DNA from: an uncultured bacterium
Lineage (GTDB): Bacteria > Acidobacteriota > Aminicenantia > UBA2199
Direction of reading: 5' to 3'
Length of the DNA: 64,000 nt
NCBI GenBank assembly: GCA_965371805.1
Contig: CBDUZW010000007.1
Location: 56,119-120,118 of the forward strand
Below, one piece after another: positions 62,405-64,000 of the stretch. The first letter of the stretch is position 1. The number at the start of each line of letters is the position of its first letter. The notes under the pieces are model-generated. The model had not been told where the DNA came from, made no database searches, and saw only the letters and a program-made list of their open reading frames with translations. The translations under genes were made by a program, and so were the position numbers.

Positions 62405-62659
62405 GATGTTAATATGAAGTTTGACTATTATTATTGTTCATAGTCATTTTATCTTCATAAATTTGATTCTAAATGAATGAAATTGAGAAGTCAACACCTG
62501 TTTAAATGATTTTTACTTTTTTAAGGATCAACTGATAAAAAAACAGGTGATTTTAATAATTTACGCTACTTCCAGAATTCCGCTATTGACAAAAGGTAAG
62601 CTATAAATTATAACTATATTTAATTAAAAAAAAAATTATTGTTTTGGAGGATTTACTAT

Positions 62660-64000
62660 ATGAGTAATATTGGAAATTATGAAGAAAGGTATGAAAATTT
62701 CACATGGGATCTGGCAAAAGCTGAACTTGGATATAAGGATGGAGACAGTATCAACATTGCTGAATACTGTTCTGACAGAATTTGTAATTTAGGAAATGGA
62801 GAAAAAACATCTCTGATCTGGCAGGGAAATGCGGGTCAAACTAAAAAATATTCTTTTAATGATCTTAGATTATTAACGAACACTTTTGGATCATTTTTAA
62901 ATGGATTAGGGCTTAAAAACGGAGATAGAATAAGTTTATTTCTAGACAAAGTACCTGAATTATATATTGGATTCCTGGGAATCCTGAAAATGGGTGGAGT
63001 TGCCCAACCGCTCTTTTCTGCATTTGGAGGAGAATCACTTCATACCAGATTAGAGGATGGAGGCACAAGTGCTATTATTACCCAGAAAAAACATATTGGT
63101 AAAGTTAGAAAAATCATAAATGAGCTTCCGGAACTTAAACATATTATACTGATTGACGATGATGAAAAAAAGCCACTGAGAGAAAGGGAAGCTGCCTTCT
63201 CAATGGATAAAGCAGAAAAAGTTGAGAATTATGAAGCTTATAAAACAAACGCCGAAAGTCCATCAGTATTACATTATACTTCTGGAACTACCGGCAAACC
63301 CAAAGGCGCTCAACATGTACATTATTCATTAATATCACAGTATATTACAGCAAAATATGTGCTTGATCTAAAAGAAGATGATATTTACTGGTGCACAGCA
63401 GATCCAGGTTGGGTAACAGGAACTTCTTATGGAATAATTGGAGCCTGGGCAAATGGGATAACACAATGTGTCCTGGATGCTGGTTTTAAATCAGATAGCT
63501 GGTACAAATTTATTGAAGAACAAAAGATCACAATCTGGTATTCTGCACCGACTGCTATTAGGTCTCTTATGAAAGATGGGAAAGAAGTTGCTGATCAATA
63601 TAATCTTTCATCTTTAAGACATCTCTGCAGTGTTGGTGAACCTCTAAATGCTGAGGCGGTATTATGGTCAACAGATACATATGGACTCACATTTCATGAT
63701 ACTTACTGGCAAACAGAGACAGGCAGCATGATGATCTGTAATTATCCTGGAATGAAGATAAAACCTGGCTCCATGGGAAAACCATTTCCCGGAATTGAAG
63801 CGACTGTTGTTGATATAAAAACGCATGAACCTATAACGGAACCTGGAATTGTTGGACTAATAGCTTGTAAACCAGGATGGCCTGCAATGTTCAGAACTTA
63901 CTGGAATAATAAAGAAGTGTATGATAGTAAATTCAAGAATGGATGGTATATATGCGGAGACAGAGCCAGCATTGATGAGGACGGATATTACTGGTTTGTA
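62660..64000 (+). CDS. acs: Acetyl-CoA synthetase / acetate-CoA ligase (AMP-forming), 3'-truncated at window edge
   Basis: ATG at 62660 is preceded by GGAGG. Translation begins MSNIGNYEERYENFTWDLAKAEL… and contains the YTSGTTGKPKG AMP-binding motif. The frame is open to position 64000. Confidence 0.85.
   Translation, partial: MSNIGNYEERYENFTWDLAKAELGYKDGDSINIAEYCSDRICNLGNGEKTSLIWQGNAGQTKKYSFNDLRLLTNTFGSFLNGLGLKNGDRISLFLDKVPELYIGFLGILKMGGVAQPLFSAFGGESLHTRLEDGGTSAIITQKKHIGKVRKIINELPELKHIILIDDDEKKPLREREAAFSMDKAEKVENYEAYKTNAESPSVLHYTSGTTGKPKGAQHVHYSLISQYITAKYVLDLKEDDIYWCTADPGWVTGTSYGIIGAWANGITQCVLDAGFKSDSWYKFIEEQKITIWYSAPTAIRSLMKDGKEVADQYNLSSLRHLCSVGEPLNAEAVLWSTDTYGLTFHDTYWQTETGSMMICNYPGMKIKPGSMGKPFPGIEATVVDIKTHEPITEPGIVGLIACKPGWPAMFRTYWNNKEVYDSKFKNGWYICGDRASIDEDGYYWFV

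Overview
This is a low-GC (~25-33%) bacterial chromosomal window from what looks like an anaerobic, peptide-degrading organism. Inference for lifestyle: many secreted S9, M24 and M23 peptidases, plus FeoAB, Hcp and an AMP-forming acetate-CoA ligase. The first ~50 kb is ordinary core genome. It holds a MocR-type regulator with a LysE exporter and a PLP enzyme; an outer-membrane/lipid A cluster (bamA-skp-fabZ-lpxA followed by a Gfo/Idh/MocA oxidoreductase); two S9 peptidases flanking an AbgT transporter; hcp; a three-subunit biotin-dependent acyl-CoA carboxylase; a run of secreted TPR/hydrolase proteins; mobA; a Xaa-Pro aminopeptidase; a VapBC pair; feoAB; a dual-domain PPIase; an OFA-family MFS transporter; a large M23 peptidase protein; and queF-plsC. 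At ~50.9 kb there is a tRNA-Leu(CAA) on the minus strand, followed by a ~160-bp tandem duplication carrying palindromes. Beyond the tRNA the gene content and composition change. Here there are short direct repeats flanking a two-gene cassette, a RhuM-family gene, and then a markedly GC-richer block (~42-48% GC, ~54.4-62.5 kb). That block encodes two secreted proteins, an 858-aa membrane-anchored HEAT-repeat protein, an FGE-sulfatase-domain (SUMF1-like) protein, and a 731-aa GspG-like pseudopilin fused to a LamG lectin domain. This tRNA-adjacent island is the best candidate here for an undescribed system, a possible surface-display or adhesion module. The window ends in a 3'-truncated acetyl-CoA synthetase gene. 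No CRISPR array, rRNA, integrase or transposase was found.
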